From contig OX597825.1 in assembly GCA_951406725.2 (NCBI GenBank), positions 86,118,001 through 86,182,000 on the forward strand: DNA of 64,000 nucleotides. The letters run 5' to 3'. The position numbers and the translations under genes were made by a program. Below the pieces are notes generated by a model. That model did not search any database. It saw only the letters and a program-made list of their open reading frames with translations, and was not told where the DNA came from. Below, in pieces: positions 12,495 through 26,926 of this stretch. Within the stretch, counting starts at the first letter, position 1. Each line of letters begins with the position of its first letter. Origin of the DNA: Octopus vulgaris. Lineage: Eukaryota.

Positions 12495-13130
12495 CAGCCC
12501 ACTTATGTGTACCCTTTCCTTCTTTGGACACTAAACTCTGCTTGCGAAGACCTGTTGGGCAAGTTAAATCAAAATCACATTCGATGACTGGCATCCGTGC
12601 TAGCGGGGTGCAAAGAGCACCATACGAGCGTGATCGTTGACAGAGCAGCTAACCAGCTTCCATGCCAGTGGCACATAAAAAGGCACCATTCGAGTATGAT
12701 CGTTACCAGCGTCGCCTTACTGGCACTTGTGCCCGTGCTAGTAGGGTGCCAAGAACACCATCCAAGCATGATCGTTGCCAGAGCAGCCAACTAGTTTCCG
12801 TGCTGGTGGCACGTAAAAGGGCACCATTTGAGCATGATCATTACCAACGTCGCCTTACTGGCATCTGTGCTGGTGGCATTTGTAAAAAGATTTGAGCGAG
12901 GTCGTTGCTAGTACTGCCTGATTGGCCCCTGTGCCGGTGGCACGTAAAACGCACCCAATACACTCTCGGAGTGTTTGGCGTTAGGAAGGGCATCCAGCTG
13001 TAGAAACTTTGCCAGATCAAGATTGAAGCCTGGTGCAGCCATCTGGTCCACCATCCCTCAGTCATTCGTCCAACCCATGCTAGCATGGAAAGCAGACGTT
13101 AAACAATGATGATGATGATGATGATGATGA
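12495..13130 (+). mobile_element. RTE 3'UTR fragment with (ATG)n tail
   Basis: Reverse-complement match to 8889-9420. Confidence 0.85.
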
Positions 13131-14039
13131 TATACATATATATACAACAGGCTTCTCTCAGTTTCCATCTACCAAATCCATTCACAAGGCTTTGGTTGGA
13201 TCAAAGCTTTAGCTGAAGACACTTGCCCAAGGTGCCATGCAATGGGACCGAACCTGGAACCATGTGGATGGGAAGCTAACTTCTTACCACACAGCCATGC
13301 TTACACACACACACACATGTAGCAATGACATAAAAGTAAACCCCCCACCCCCACCTCCCCTGCCAAAAAATGTGTTAAACCATTACTAACTAGTTTTTCT
13401 TCCTTTCATAACAATGCCCTCCCTGACACTCCACACACTGTGTATGGCGGCGGCGGTGCTGGCGCACATTGCAGCTCTGGCACTTGTGTATGCGTGCATG
13501 CACGTGTATGTGTGTGTGTGTATGAGTGACAGATCAAATTACCAATGTGTTACTACCCACAAAAGTCTTTCTTTCTTCTCCACTTTTTCTCATCCACCAC
13601 CGCCACCGCCACCACCACCACCCATGGCTTATAAGTCTGTTTGTTTGTTTGTCCCCATGTCTGCTTTCTACTCCCTCCCCCTCCCCCCCCCCCCTATTCT
13701 ACTACCTACATTTATTACTGAGGCTTTCTTCTCTCCTCTGCTCCAACAGTTTCTGTTCTTTAGTTGTTGACTTAGCTGTACAGTATTATCACCATCACCA
13801 TTATCATCATCATCGTTGTCATCATCGTTATTATTATTTATTCTTGCCATTGTTCCCTCTACAGCTCACTCCTCACATACCAGCTGTGCCAAGCAAAGCA
13901 GCCAGCTGGCCTTTTTGTAGTTGTTGTTGTTGCTGTTGTTGTCTGTCTTTGTAGCTTCTTTTGTTGTTGTACTTACTGTTGAGTAGGACTAAAAGCTACA
14001 TACTCCACTGCCTTCCTGCCTGCTCACCAGATTCGCTCT

Positions 14040-14133
14040 CATATATATATATATACATATATACATATATACACTTTATATATACATATATGCATATATA
14101 TACATATACATATATATACACATACATATATAT

Positions 14134-14172
<39 letters not shown>

Positions 14173-14792
14173 CATATATGTTTATATACATATATACATA
14201 TATATACACATATATATATATATAAATATATACATACATATATGTTTATATACATATATATATACATATGTATATATATACATATATACATACGTATATA
14301 TACATATACATATATACATACGTATATATACATATACATACATACATATACATATATACACATACATACATACACATATACATACATACACATATACATA
14401 CATGCACATATACATACATACATACATACATATATATATATGAGAGACACAGGTAATAAGATGGAGAGAGAGAGAGAGCATGCTTATACAAGGTGGAAGT
14501 GAGAATCAGGTGAGCAAGTTTGAGGGTTCAATTCCCACCCTGCTCTCTCACTGCACCCTTTTACACTTGGGATATATGTCATTATTATCAATATACCTGT
14601 ACATATGCATATACACATACGTGTGAGATTATATATATCTGTGTGTGTGTGTGTGTCTTTGTAGGTTTTTATATACACGAATCTATATAAGTATTTGTAT
14701 ATAAAAACGTGTGTGTGAATGTATGTGTACATGCCCATGTGCATTTTATTTAACATGCATGTATACATAAATATATATATATATATACATAC

Positions 14793-14845
<53 letters not shown>
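14040..14845. repeat. Compound (TA)/(TACA) microsatellite block
   Basis: Directly visible; the source of the many YIYI ORFs. Confidence 0.95.
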
Positions 14846-14849
<4 letters not shown>

Positions 14850-14968
14850 GTGACAATTATTCGGTTGCCATAATAAAACTCAGAGTTTCGGGTATTGGGG
14901 TGGAAGTCTGCTCCGACATCCGAAACTCTGAGTTTTATTATGGCAACCGAACAATTGTCACATATTAT
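14843..14968. repeat. Inverted repeat, 49-bp arms with a 28-bp loop
   Basis: ataatatgtgacaattattcggttgccataataaaactcagagtttcgg and its reverse complement, one mismatch. Confidence 0.9.
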
Positions 14969-15051
14969 TTTACAGATAAATTCCTCTATTTACATAATAT
15001 CGAGGTCTCATTCATTCTTTTTTTTTGTCATATATATATATTATATATAAA

Positions 15052-15367
15052 CGGCTTAGTGGTTAGGGTATTCCACTCACGATTGTAAGGTCGTGAGTTC
15101 AATTCTTGGCGACGCGTTGTGTCCTTGAGCAAGACACTTTATTTCATGTTGCTCCAGTCCACTCAGCTGGCAAAAATGAGTTGTACCTGTAATTCCCAAG
15201 GGTCAGCCTTGTCACATTCTGGGTGTCACACTGAATCTCCCCGAGAACTACGTTAAAGTGACACGTATCTGTGGAGTGCTCAGCCACTTCCACGTTAATT
15301 GCACAAGCAAGCTGTTCCGTTGATTGTATCAGCTGGGACCCTCGTCGTCGTAACCGACCGAGTGCTC
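15052..15367 (+). mobile_element. tRNA-derived SINE (family E)
   Basis: ggcttagtggttaggg...gagttcaattc head followed by gtgtccttgagcaagacac. Related copies at about 330-800 and 59225-59460. Confidence 0.8.
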
Positions 15368-16330
15368 CTAGGGATACAACAAATATTTATATATCCATTA
15401 CAGTATTTTGAGTTCAACTCCCACTGATCATCATCATCATCATCATAATACATCCACTTCTCATGCTGGCATGGGTTGGATGCGTCTTCATGGTTTCAGT
15501 CAGCTGTTCTCAGAGACTGGTGCTCGTGGGTCCCATTTAGGGCCAGTCTCTATGACTTGGTGCTCTCCCCGTCACCAACTGCACCACAGACTTTATTGGA
15601 TGCAAGACAAGACTAAACGATCCTCTCTCCGCTTTCTACCTTTTACTCGTTTCAATCATTAGGCTGCGGCCATGCTGGGGCACTGCCTTGAAGAACTTTA
15701 GTTGAAAGAATCAACCTCGGTATTTGTTTTTGTTTTCAAAGCCTGGTGTCTATTCTATCAATCCCTTCTGCTGAACTGTTAAGTTACAGGAATGTAGACA
15801 CACCAGCACTAGTAGTGGTGAGGAACAAACACAGCTACAAGGACATAAACACATAGATATATACAGGCTTCTTTCAGTTTCCCCTCAATCATATCCACTT
15901 GCAAGGATTTGGTTAGTCCAAGGCTATAGTAGGAGACACTTGCTACACAGTGGGACTGAACCCAGAACTATGTGGTTGGGAAGCAAGCTTCTTACCACAC
16001 AGCCACACCTGTACCACGTTTTCTACTTGTTTCCCAACCACCACCGCTTTGCAGAGTGCACTGGGTGCAGTTTTCCATGGTGCCAGCAGGACTAAACAAG
16101 TTGTTAAGTCCTCAGCAAAACAAGAAGGACCTCCCCCGCCACTTTACTTTCCATCTGCTTGCTTGCTTGCAAATCACTCCAGGGGGTGATTTGTAATCCC
16201 CCCCACAGTTCTGGTGTGACAGCATGGGGGCTGGGGTTTGCTTTGTACACACTGTCAATGTAGAATAGTCACTACCCAGAGACATGCTTGTGAGGAGGGG
16301 AACAGGGAGATAGAGAGGTAGAGAAGGGAG

Positions 16331-16399
<69 letters not shown>

Positions 16400-16951
16400 C
16401 AATGACAGAAGCCAGAAATGAATTTTTCTCAAGTTTGAAGTATATACCTGTTATATATTGGGGTTGACTTCAATTAATTACACCTCAACAATGTAAATAC
16501 ATTTTCTGCAACATGCAATTCAAATTTAGAGGCAGAGATCCACAAATATTCTTTTCTACTCAAGGCACGAGGCTCAAAATTTTTTTTTGGGGGGGGGGGC
16601 AGTCAGTTAGATAAACCTCAGTATGTAACTGGTACTTAATTTATTGACCCTGAAAGGATGAAAAGCAAAGTCGACCTTGGTGGAATTTGAACTCACAATG
16701 CACAGACAGACGAAATGCCACTAAGTATTTTGCACGGCATGCTAACAATTCTGCCAGCTTGCCCACCTCAGAGGTCCACAAATATTAAGTGGGAAAGGTG
16801 TTCAATTACACTGACACCAATAGTTGACTGGTATTTTAGTTTTATCAACCCTGGAGGGACAAAAGAACCCTTTAGTCAAAACATACAGCTGAAATAAATA
16901 CTGGGAGGCATTTTGTCCATCCAAAGCCATAATAATAATAATAATAATAAA

Positions 16952-17505
16952 TGCCTTGATGCAGTACAGGGCAGTGGCTCTCATGGCTTCTGATCTTAAC
17001 TGATTGGAAGTGTTATCATGTCCATTGTGTCTTGGTATAAAAGATAGGCTACAGCAAATATTCTGCTCAAAATCATAGATTTGCTTGTCAGTTGTTTGAC
17101 CTCAACCAGTTGAGCATGTCCCTTAGTGGCTGACGATATGTGCATCTCTGATCACGAGCAGAAGTAGTGGGGGAGCATCATAGCCATGTGCTGAGAGGAA
17201 TTCTTTGGGGTTTGAATAATTTACCTCTGGAAACATGGGTGTTTCGTTCAACATCCTTAAACAACCCTTATTCAGGGACCTTTTGAGGGGGATGGGTTAC
17301 TCAACCAGAAGAAAATTCTAAGTGGGCCCCACCTGCAAGGTCATACACTGTTTATCTTGATTCGAGATCACCATATCGCACACATTTGGTTGTGATGCAT
17401 GTTCCTGGTGTAGCCTTATCAGACGGGTAGTCATGATGGGTATGCTGGGCTTTGTATATTTGTACCCCAGTGTCACTCTGATGGCATGCACTGCTCTCTC
17501 ACTCA
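16952..17505 (+). mobile_element. ~550-bp interspersed element embedded in (AAT)n
   Basis: Second copy inverted at about 48004-48520. Both copies have AAT repeats on both sides. Confidence 0.8.
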
Positions 17506-18368
17506 ACAATAATAATAATAATAATAATAATAATAACCCTTTCAACTGTAAGCACAAGGTCTGAAAGTTTTAGGGAAGGGGCCAGTCGATGACATCAACG
17601 CTCATGTCCAACTGGTTCTTATTTTATCAACCTCACAAGGATGAAAAGCAAAGTCGACCTTGGCAGAGTTTGAACTCAGAACATCAGCCAAAAGAAGTGC
17701 TGCTAAACATTTTGTCCAGCCTGCTAATGACTCTACCAGTTCACCACTACCAATAACTCCTTACATAGGCAAGCAGGCCAAACATAGGAGACATATCTAA
17801 ATAGGATTATCTCAGAACCAACAACCATTCTAAATGTAAATTTACTTCTCATTCACAGAGCAATTTTAAAACCAAAACTAAAACTAAATAAAAAAACAAA
17901 ACAAGAATAAAACAACAAAAATAAACCCTCATAATTATTCCCGGTCTATCAATAAGGTGACAGTTTCAAGGCCACAACTGCTAACGGTAACATGTGTAAT
18001 AATTTGTATGTATAATTATTTAGAGCAGAAAAATCCATTCTACCTATAAAATAATGCTACAAGAAATAACCACTTTAGTTCTACAGCTGTTGGCAATGGT
18101 GAGAAACAGGTCTTTTAATGGCAGCCCTGATCGCTTTCTGTGTGTCTGTATTTGGTGGGAGCAAAATCAGAAGTTACCCTCAAACCATACACCTGATCAG
18201 AAGGGTTACAACAGAGAAATATCCATTAAAATATCTGTCTAATGATGAAATAGTGATCCAAGGTACTGAGTGATGGGATTGAACACAGAACAATGTAGTT
18301 ACAAAGCCAAATTGTTAGACTACACAGCTTTGCCTACTAACAGAATTGCTTTATTATTAACGAGATAC

Positions 18369-18583
18369 GAAGGTGGCGAGCTGGCAGAAACGTTAGCACA
18401 CTGGGCGAAATTCTTAGCAGTGTTTCATCTGTCTTTACGTTCTGAGTTCAAATTCTACCGAGGTCGACTTTGCCTTTCATCCTTTTGAGGTCAATAAATT
18501 AAGTACCAGTTGCATACTGGAGTTAATCTAATTGACTGGTCTCCTCCACAAAAATTTCGGGCCTTGTGCCTAATGTAGAAAAG
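18369..18583 (+). mobile_element. SINE family A (tail type ii)
   Basis: 16-bp TSD attattaacgagatac at 18353-18368 and 18584-18599. Other copies at about 6117, 16550(-), 17540(-), 23965(-), 46920 and 57190. Confidence 0.85.
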
Positions 18584-21035
18584 ATTATTAACGAGATACT
18601 AACAAATATCTCTACTTCAGCAACTATGTTGTGTTCATGGGAGTATCGTTAATTAGGCCTGAATCTGCCTGGCTGACAAACATCCCCCACTTCAAGATAA
18701 TACTATTTAGATACGTCTGTCTTAGGACTACGTGCATGTGTAAGAAGAAAAAGGAGGGGGAGAAGAGGAGAAAGGAGAAGAGGAGGAGGGAGAAGGGGAG
18801 GAGGGAGAAGAGGAGGAGGGGTTGCTGTGACTTCTATCGTCATAGGCAAAGGAATAGCTGCATGGTTAGGAAGTTCGCTTGCCAACCACATGGTTTTCTG
18901 TGGCACCTGATCTGACCAAAGCTTTGTGAAGTGTTTGGTAGAAGGAAACTGAAAGAAGCCTGTTGTAAACACATATTTTTAAGTGTGTGAGTGCATTTCC
19001 CTTTGCCTCAACATTGTAAACAAGCATCTAATCTTCTGTTGAAACATGTCTGACCAACAGGAAATATTACTGAGTTTAGAAACAGGTGAGAGTACGTGAC
19101 AGGAAAGGCGTCCAGGCATCCGACCCATTTATTGGTGCCATTACTTTTGTCTCTAACTTTAATTATGATGATAAAAGGATTCTAATACACCCCCACCCTG
19201 ACCCCTGAAACTGCATTTCTGTGATTACACCATTAATTGCCAAAAAAAGAAAAAAAGACATGTGACTTCCAAAGGCTGTTTATGGACCACTCCTGCCACA
19301 GAGTATGGTCAATGAGTCAACCTAATTTTTTCTTATGGCAAACAGCTGTTGACATTAATTATAATAATGATGAAACTTGATCAAGTATGATTGGAAAAAA
19401 GGGAGGAGGAGGAGGAGGAGCAGAGCGGGGGTGCGGTGGGGGTGGGGAGAGGAATATATAAAAGGACTGGAAGTTTTGCTCCATTGTTTTCAGCAGAATT
19501 AGCAGAGCAGTGGAGGAAATATCTTGCAGAATTTCTACCAGCTCTTTACACCGTGAGTTCAAATACCTCTAAGGTCAACTTTATCTTTCATTCTTTCAGG
19601 ATCGATAGAATAAAATACCAGTCATGTACTGGGGGTCAACACTATTGACTAACCCCGACTCAAAATTACTGCTCCTCTGCCTCAGTTACAAACCTGTCTT
19701 TTGTTATTAGTAGTTGTTTAATCCCATGTTAGCCCTCATCAAGCAGACTTTTTATGAAAAGCAATCCTGCCATGACCACCCGACCTTATGGATGGGAGGG
19801 GGTGGGGATAGTATATAAAACCTTTCAGATTAGCAAACAGGAACCATGAGAAAGGGCGTTAAATCTACTTAATACTCTAAAACAAAACAAAAAGCAAGTA
19901 AATAGTTTCAAGTGTTATTCATGGGTGTAGATAGTGGGAGAACTGTAGAATGGATGAATGTTTCATCAGCTTGCACAACTGGAGTGTATTCAATGCAAAT
20001 GAGGCATAAAGTTGTTGAAAGAGAATGACTGAATTCAACAGCAATTTCACAGTGGAGGCACAAGAACAAGGTAAGATAGCGTGAGTAGAGCTATTTACCT
20101 GTACAACAAACATCAACCACGACAGACATCACACAAGCATTATTGTTGTAAAACTTATTCATATTTTTCTTCTGACTTACTTTCTATACATTCTCGACAA
20201 GTCAGTCTCTGATAAAAATCATTAAAGCAAGTCCTGAAGACATGAATTTCTCATAAACCTCAAGTTTTATTCCCAGATCAAATTTCAACAAAATTACACG
20301 TGTTGGTGGTGGAGGAGGACGTGGTGGTGGTGGTGGTGGTAGCAGTGAGTATTGTTGGTGCCGTGCCTTTTGTTGTTGTTGCTGTTGTAATCTTTTCCAT
20401 TGACATGACATACAACAAAAATATAACAGAGAACCCTCAAAAGACAAGTGTTTAACTTTATTAAAACAGATTTTTCTTTGTGTGTGTGTGTGTGTATTGT
20501 TTAATACAGTTAGATACTTAAATATTTACTGTCAAGACTGATGAACTAGAAGAACAGGTTTGACATCTAATATATACAGATAGATAATATACATACATAC
20601 ATACATATACGTATATATATATATATCTGTAAATGCATTTTGTTATCTAACCGTTTTTACCTATATATATATACACATATATATATACATCACACACACA
20701 TATATATATAACTATATATACAGACACAGTAACCTGGTGTAGTCTTCTACTTGGCCAGCTCCCATCAAATGGTCCAACCCATGCCAGTATGGAAGACAGG
20801 TGTTAAATGAAGACAGTATGGCCGCAGCCTAATGACTAAAAGAATAAAAGCATATATATTTTATTGTGGTGCTCCAGCATGACCACAGCCACCTGGTTGA
20901 AACACATAAAAGATAAAAGATACAGAAAGATGTTTTAATATTTCACTTAGGCATAGTGAGATTAATAACCTGGTGTAGAACTCAATACTTGTGTAGTCCA
21001 GAACACAATGTTATATGAGTATAGAGTGGGGATAG

Positions 21036-21481
<446 letters not shown>

Positions 21482-21929
21482 ATATAAATAGATATATATA
21501 TACATGGAAATTAGTTAAGAGAAATAGCTGAGGGTGGTGGGTAGCATGGTTATAAACAATGCAAATAAGTAAAGATATTAAATACCATACAAGATAAATT
21601 CTTGACCGTGAAATTATCTTCCCTTCAAGAAAAGAATAAAGTAACACCTTGTGGCAATTGCAACCAACACCAAATAAGAAGGGGAGATAATCTCAAGAAT
21701 GAAGAATTCTCCAAAGCAGACATGCCATTAAGGGATAAACAGTCTGACTGGAAACAACAGGACAGCTGTGAACATGTTTCTACCTCAATAGGTGTCATAA
21801 GCTTAGCAGTTGTCTTATCATGAATACAAACAAGACACTTAGATACATATGGAGTAAGAAAAACATTTATGGCCTAAAGTAATTAGTACACATGTGCACA
21901 CACACACATACAAATTATGAGGTACAGTC

Positions 21930-22315
21930 ATTATCATCGTTGTTTAACGTCTGCTTTCTATGCTGGCATGGGTTTGACGGTTTGACTGAGGACTGGCAAG
22001 CCAGAAGGCTGTACCAGGCTCCAGTCTGATCTTGCAAGGTTTCTACAGCTGGATGCCCTTCCTAATTCCAACCACTCCGAGTGCGTAGTGGGTGCCTTTT
22101 ACATGCCACCGGCACAAGGGCCAGTCAGGCAGTACTGGCATCAACCACGCTTGAATGATGCTTTTTACATGCCACCAGCACAGGAGCCAGTCAGGCGGCA
22201 CTGGCAACAACCTTGTTCGAATGGTGCTTTTTACATGCCACTGGCACAAGGGCCAGTCAGGCAGTACTGGCATCAACCACGCTCGAATGGTGCTTTTTAC
22301 ATGCCACCGGCAGTC
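21930..22315 (-). mobile_element. RTE 3' end with 66-bp tandem units
   Basis: Same 3' end as 8889; about 3.3 copies of a 66-bp unit. Confidence 0.85.
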
Positions 22316-23563
22316 TCTTGGCCATTTCTTCCTATGCCACAGCTATCATCCATTAACCATCATGCAACAACACATTTCCAGTCAGCTCACAAGTCATATC
22401 CTGAAGTCACCTTTCCAATCTACATCAACCTTAAGCCATTCTCTCAGCTCACCGATGCTCTGCCATTCCTTTGGCCAGTAACTTTACACATCAAAACAAA
22501 CCAACTTTTACACAAAGACAGAAATCATTTCCAACCAACACCAAACACCCCCACCCTCCAAAAGAATACAATCTCCTCACCTGTACACATCACCTGATTG
22601 CTTCACAGTCATCTGCTGTTCGCACACGGGTCACTTTTCAGACATATCATCCAATTGATCCATTCTTACCACATGTCACACAAACATGTAACATCACACA
22701 CCTCCAAAAGACCATCCTCATCAGCCTCCACAACTCCTCTTCCCGTGCAATGCCCCATGTCACACGAACATGCAACATCGCCCGTCTACATTTTTCCATG
22801 ATGATATAATCCCGATTACCAACCACAAACAGCAACTCCTTAAACTTCCTATTCCAACCACCCTACCCCCAATACTAAGTAGATCACCTAGGTAACAGAA
22901 ACTATCAACTACCGCCAGTAAGTTATTTCACCACCTCCGCTGCCACCACCACCACCACCACTGCCATTACCATCATCTATTCTGACTTCAGTGCTTCAAT
23001 TGTTGCAGGAGTGTTGAGTCTTCTCTTTGACATTTCTCTTTAGTATTCTTGAAATACTGAAGTCTGCTGGTTATTTGAGAGAGAGAGGGGGGAGAGGAGG
23101 AGAAAACAAAGCAGAGATACAGAGAGGGTGGGGAAACAAAGCAGAGAGAGAGAGAGAGAGAAAGTTGTGAGAGGCAAAGAAAAAGGAAAAGAAAGTGTCA
23201 AAATAAAAAAAAAGAAATCAGAGGCAAGAATGGGAGGGAGAAGGAGAAAGAGAGAAAAAGAAGAAATGAAAAGATAGACAGACAGACAGACAGACAAAAA
23301 AAATAACTGGAAGCATTGAATGTTTGTGAAGTGTGAGAATTATTGTTGGAAAGCAAATATTTCACAGACAGCCAAAACACTAAGATGTTTAAGAAGCCAA
23401 GAATCTGGGTTATGATTGAATTTTGATCAATTGATGGCATCGTAATGTATTACTGGTAATAGTCTGTGGTGACCTCGTTTCAATGAAAGTTGACCCAAGC
23501 AAGGATTCGACAACGTCTGAAATGCAAAGCAATAAAATTAAATACCACAAACTAATCTTGTAA

Positions 23564-23597
<34 letters not shown>

Positions 23598-23660
23598 CCC
23601 CTGCTGTGTAATTCTGCTCACCACCCCCAACCCGTCCTATCATAAGAAATATTAACTTAC

Positions 23661-23855
23661 AGGGTCTTGAATCTGTGTGCGGAATTGTTTCTTTTGGTTT
23701 GCCTCTAAGAACTGCTGAGCTAACGTGGAATATTTCCCACTGATGGTAGCAGCAGCTGTTGCTGCTGCTGCCGTGGTTGCAATAGATGTTTGTAGCTTGC
23801 ATTCCAGCCGATTCCAGACCAATGAGGAGGTTGCTAGTTTTCGAAGGGACTGCAT
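23661..23855 (-). CDS. DAP3: DAP3/MRPS29 first coding exon (mitochondrial presequence-like N-terminus)
   Basis: Acceptor ttttctacag before 23875, ATG at 23855, 65 codons MQSLRKLATSSLVWNRLECK...KKQFRTQIQDP, then donor gtaagt (phase 0). FRTQIQDP resembles vertebrate DAP3 SRTNENDP (recalled). N-terminus is basic, Ser/Thr/Ala-rich and acid-poor. Confidence 0.85.
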
Positions 23856-26800
23856 CACTTCAGTTGGGTTGATACCTGTAGAAAATGGAGATGTAACACA
23901 TGTGAACACATGAAATCTCTAAGCACTTTACTTTAGACTGGCTTACAATTATATTAATAATAATAATTCTTTCTACTAAAGGCAAGAGGCCTCAAATTTG
24001 GGGGAGGGGGATAATCAATTACATTGACTCCCCCAGTGAAACACTGGTACTTAATTTATCAATCCCAAAAGGATGAAAGGCAAAGTCGACTTCAGTAGAA
24101 TTTGAACTCAGAATACAAAGACAGACAAAATGCAACTAAGTAGTTTGCCTGGCATCTTAACAATTCTCCCAGCTCAACACCTTAAACACAATAGTAATAA
24201 CAACAACAACAACAACAATAATAATAATAATAATAGTAACAACAACAACAATAATAACAATGTTTCTTGGGGTGTTACAATACCATTTAAATTTCTCAAG
24301 TCATAAGAATTTCTTTCTTTTTATTAATGTTTAGTAGAAAACAGAGCAGCACTGAGAAGACCATTGCAGGAGAAAGATGGTTGGTACCTACAACTACTAC
24401 TCTGTTGCTTAACTCTTTAGCATTGAAACCAGCCAAATCCAGACCAAATACTCTGTTTTATGTTCAAACCAACAAGATCTGGCCTCTCACACATATCCGA
24501 TAATATCATCATCATCGTTTAACATCCACTTTCCATACTGGTATGGGTTGGACGGTTTGATTGAGGACTGGTAAGCCAGAAGGCTGTGCCAGGCTCCAAT
24601 CTGATCTGGCAAAGTTTCTACAGCTGGATGCCCTTCCTAACGCCAACCACTCCGAAAGTGTAGTGGGTGCTATTTACGTGCCACCGGCACGAGGGCCAGT
24701 CAGGCAGTTCTGGCAATGACCACACTCAAAAGGTGTTTTTTACGTGCTACCTGCACCATTCTAAAAATAAACAATCACATCATCAAAGTGTTGAAGCTGA
24801 GATGATACCTGACAGCCAAAGCCTGACATTGAAAGAGTCACGTGAGTGCTACAAGGTTATTAGTTGAAGTTTGGTTATCACAAGAAGTGGGCCTTATGAG
24901 ATCCTGTTTGTTAGGACCCCAGTTATGAACTGGGGGAGTAGGGAAGAGACAGGGTTCAAAACCAGCCAACAGAACAATCTTTTGAGGTAGAAAGATTTTC
25001 ACCCATTTCATTCCGTCAATTGTTTTTGGATGCTTCAGTAACAGGTCCAACATGTGACATGGTCTGCCATCCGAAAGTAAGCTGACCCCTTCCCCCACCA
25101 AACTAGCCAAAAGATGAAGGTTGCTGTAGCTCGGCAGGACAAAAACATGTCAAAAGAACAGATTAGCCTCAGTTTGGGGTCAATAATTATCTAGCAGTGC
25201 TGTGTGGGGGACATGGAAATACAGACAACCAGTGTGAGAGTGGTGGAGCCTAAGTCCTTGTTACTTGAAATCCAAAATTCAGCTGTTCCTGTTTGTGTGT
25301 ATCAAACTGAGAGTAAAACAAATTGTTACTTAAACTCTGAGGATTTGGTTGATTCTTTCAATTTGAGAATATCTCGGTAATCACAACACCTGACTTGATA
25401 GGACCAAGGACCCAATTGTATACCTGTCTAAGAAATCTTTGAATATACATCAAATAGCCTCAGACTAGTTGTTTTATTCTGAGGGTAGGGCAGGTCTCCA
25501 TGGTAAACCACTTCTACCATCAAACAGTGTCACTCTATATGGGAAGGTCAACTGTCTCCCTCTAACAAACAGTACTGGTGTGCATGGTTACCTGTACCAT
25601 CAAATAATGTCACAATATAAGGAAAGGTTTCTCAGCATCTCACGTGGGGTGTTTGTTTAATTGGAAACTGAATTCAGTTTTGCATTATTTCTAACTCAAT
25701 GACATCCAACATTATTTGGTTAGAAGTTGCACAAGTATTCTGAGAGGATTGAAACCCTTAACTAATACAACTCAAATCTTTATCTTTATTCTTGGAGACT
25801 TCAATAATGAGGTTACACCTTCTGATATAGTCTTGTTCCAGGATTCTGGGACAAATCCACAACTGGCAGGGAGAAAGGGGCTGGGTGGGGGTGGAGAAAG
25901 TAAATCTTGTGAGTGGATTTGGTACAAGGAAACTGAAAGAAGGCCATCATGTGTGTGTGTGTGTGTGTGTGTCCTTGTGTCTGTTTGTCCCCCAGCACCG
26001 CTTGTTGGTTTATGTCCCCATAACTTAGCAGTGCAGCAAAAGAGGCCAACAGAATAAGTACCAGGCTTAAGATAACCAAAAGGTACAGAGGCTGATTCAT
26101 TCAACTAAGAATTCTTCAACATGGTACCCCAGCATGGCCACAGACTAAGGACTGGAACAAGATAGCAGATAAAATATTTTAAGGATCATAGGCAAGGGTC
26201 ACTGCTGCAAAATCAGATCTCAAAAAGGGGAGAGAGAGAGAGAATGCTAGAAAATGTAAAACATTTACTAAAATGCTTACTATTTCTGACCATTGACAGT
26301 ATATAGGTAAATATGAAAATTTCAAGACCAATCCAACCCATACCAGATAAGGTTTAGAATCGAAGAACACAATCAATAAGTCATTCTTCTTGTAGCTTTT
26401 AGTCTTCTGTTAAAAAAAATGTTCCCATTTTCCGTCAGCAACTCAAATACTCTCCTATATTCTTGCATATATATTCTTACACACACACACACACACAGAT
26501 ATGTGTACGTATATATACATGCACACGCACATGTAAATGTACTTCTTTTATTTTGAAATACAAAGCTAAGTGTCAGGAAGTGTTTACATCTGTGGTTGAG
26601 TGGGGATGCGGTGGGGTGGGGGAGGAACTGCAAAAAAAAATCAATTAAAGGTAATTTTTCTAAAAGACAAGCAAAAGAAAAAAAAATCAAGAGAGAAGTG
26701 AGAGAGAGAGAGAGAGAGAGTGTGTGTGGAGAAGATGAAGAACTATGGAGAAATAGGAAGAGGTAAAGCAAGAGGGGGAAAAGAAAACCTGAAGAGAAGA

Positions 26801-26895
26801 TGTAGAAGAAATGAAGGGGAAGGAGAGACAGGAGATGGAGTGAGAGGAAGAGGAGGGGAGGAGAGATGAGGAAGAGGGGAGAGAGTAAGGCAATA

Positions 26896-26926
<31 letters not shown>

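Noticed and set aside
13961-14768. Many YIYI/HTHT/VCVC ORFs here and elsewhere
   Set aside because: Translations of dinucleotide and tetranucleotide microsatellites.
22088-22597. ORF with a 22-aa repeat (GAFYMPPAQGPVRQYWHQP), also considered as a CRISPR-like array
   Set aside because: Antisense reading of the 66-bp RTE 3'UTR units. No unique spacers, and the context is eukaryotic.
24838-25870. Several short open segments with AG/GT sites in DAP3 intron 1
   Set aside because: No recognisable homology and no consistent exon chain.
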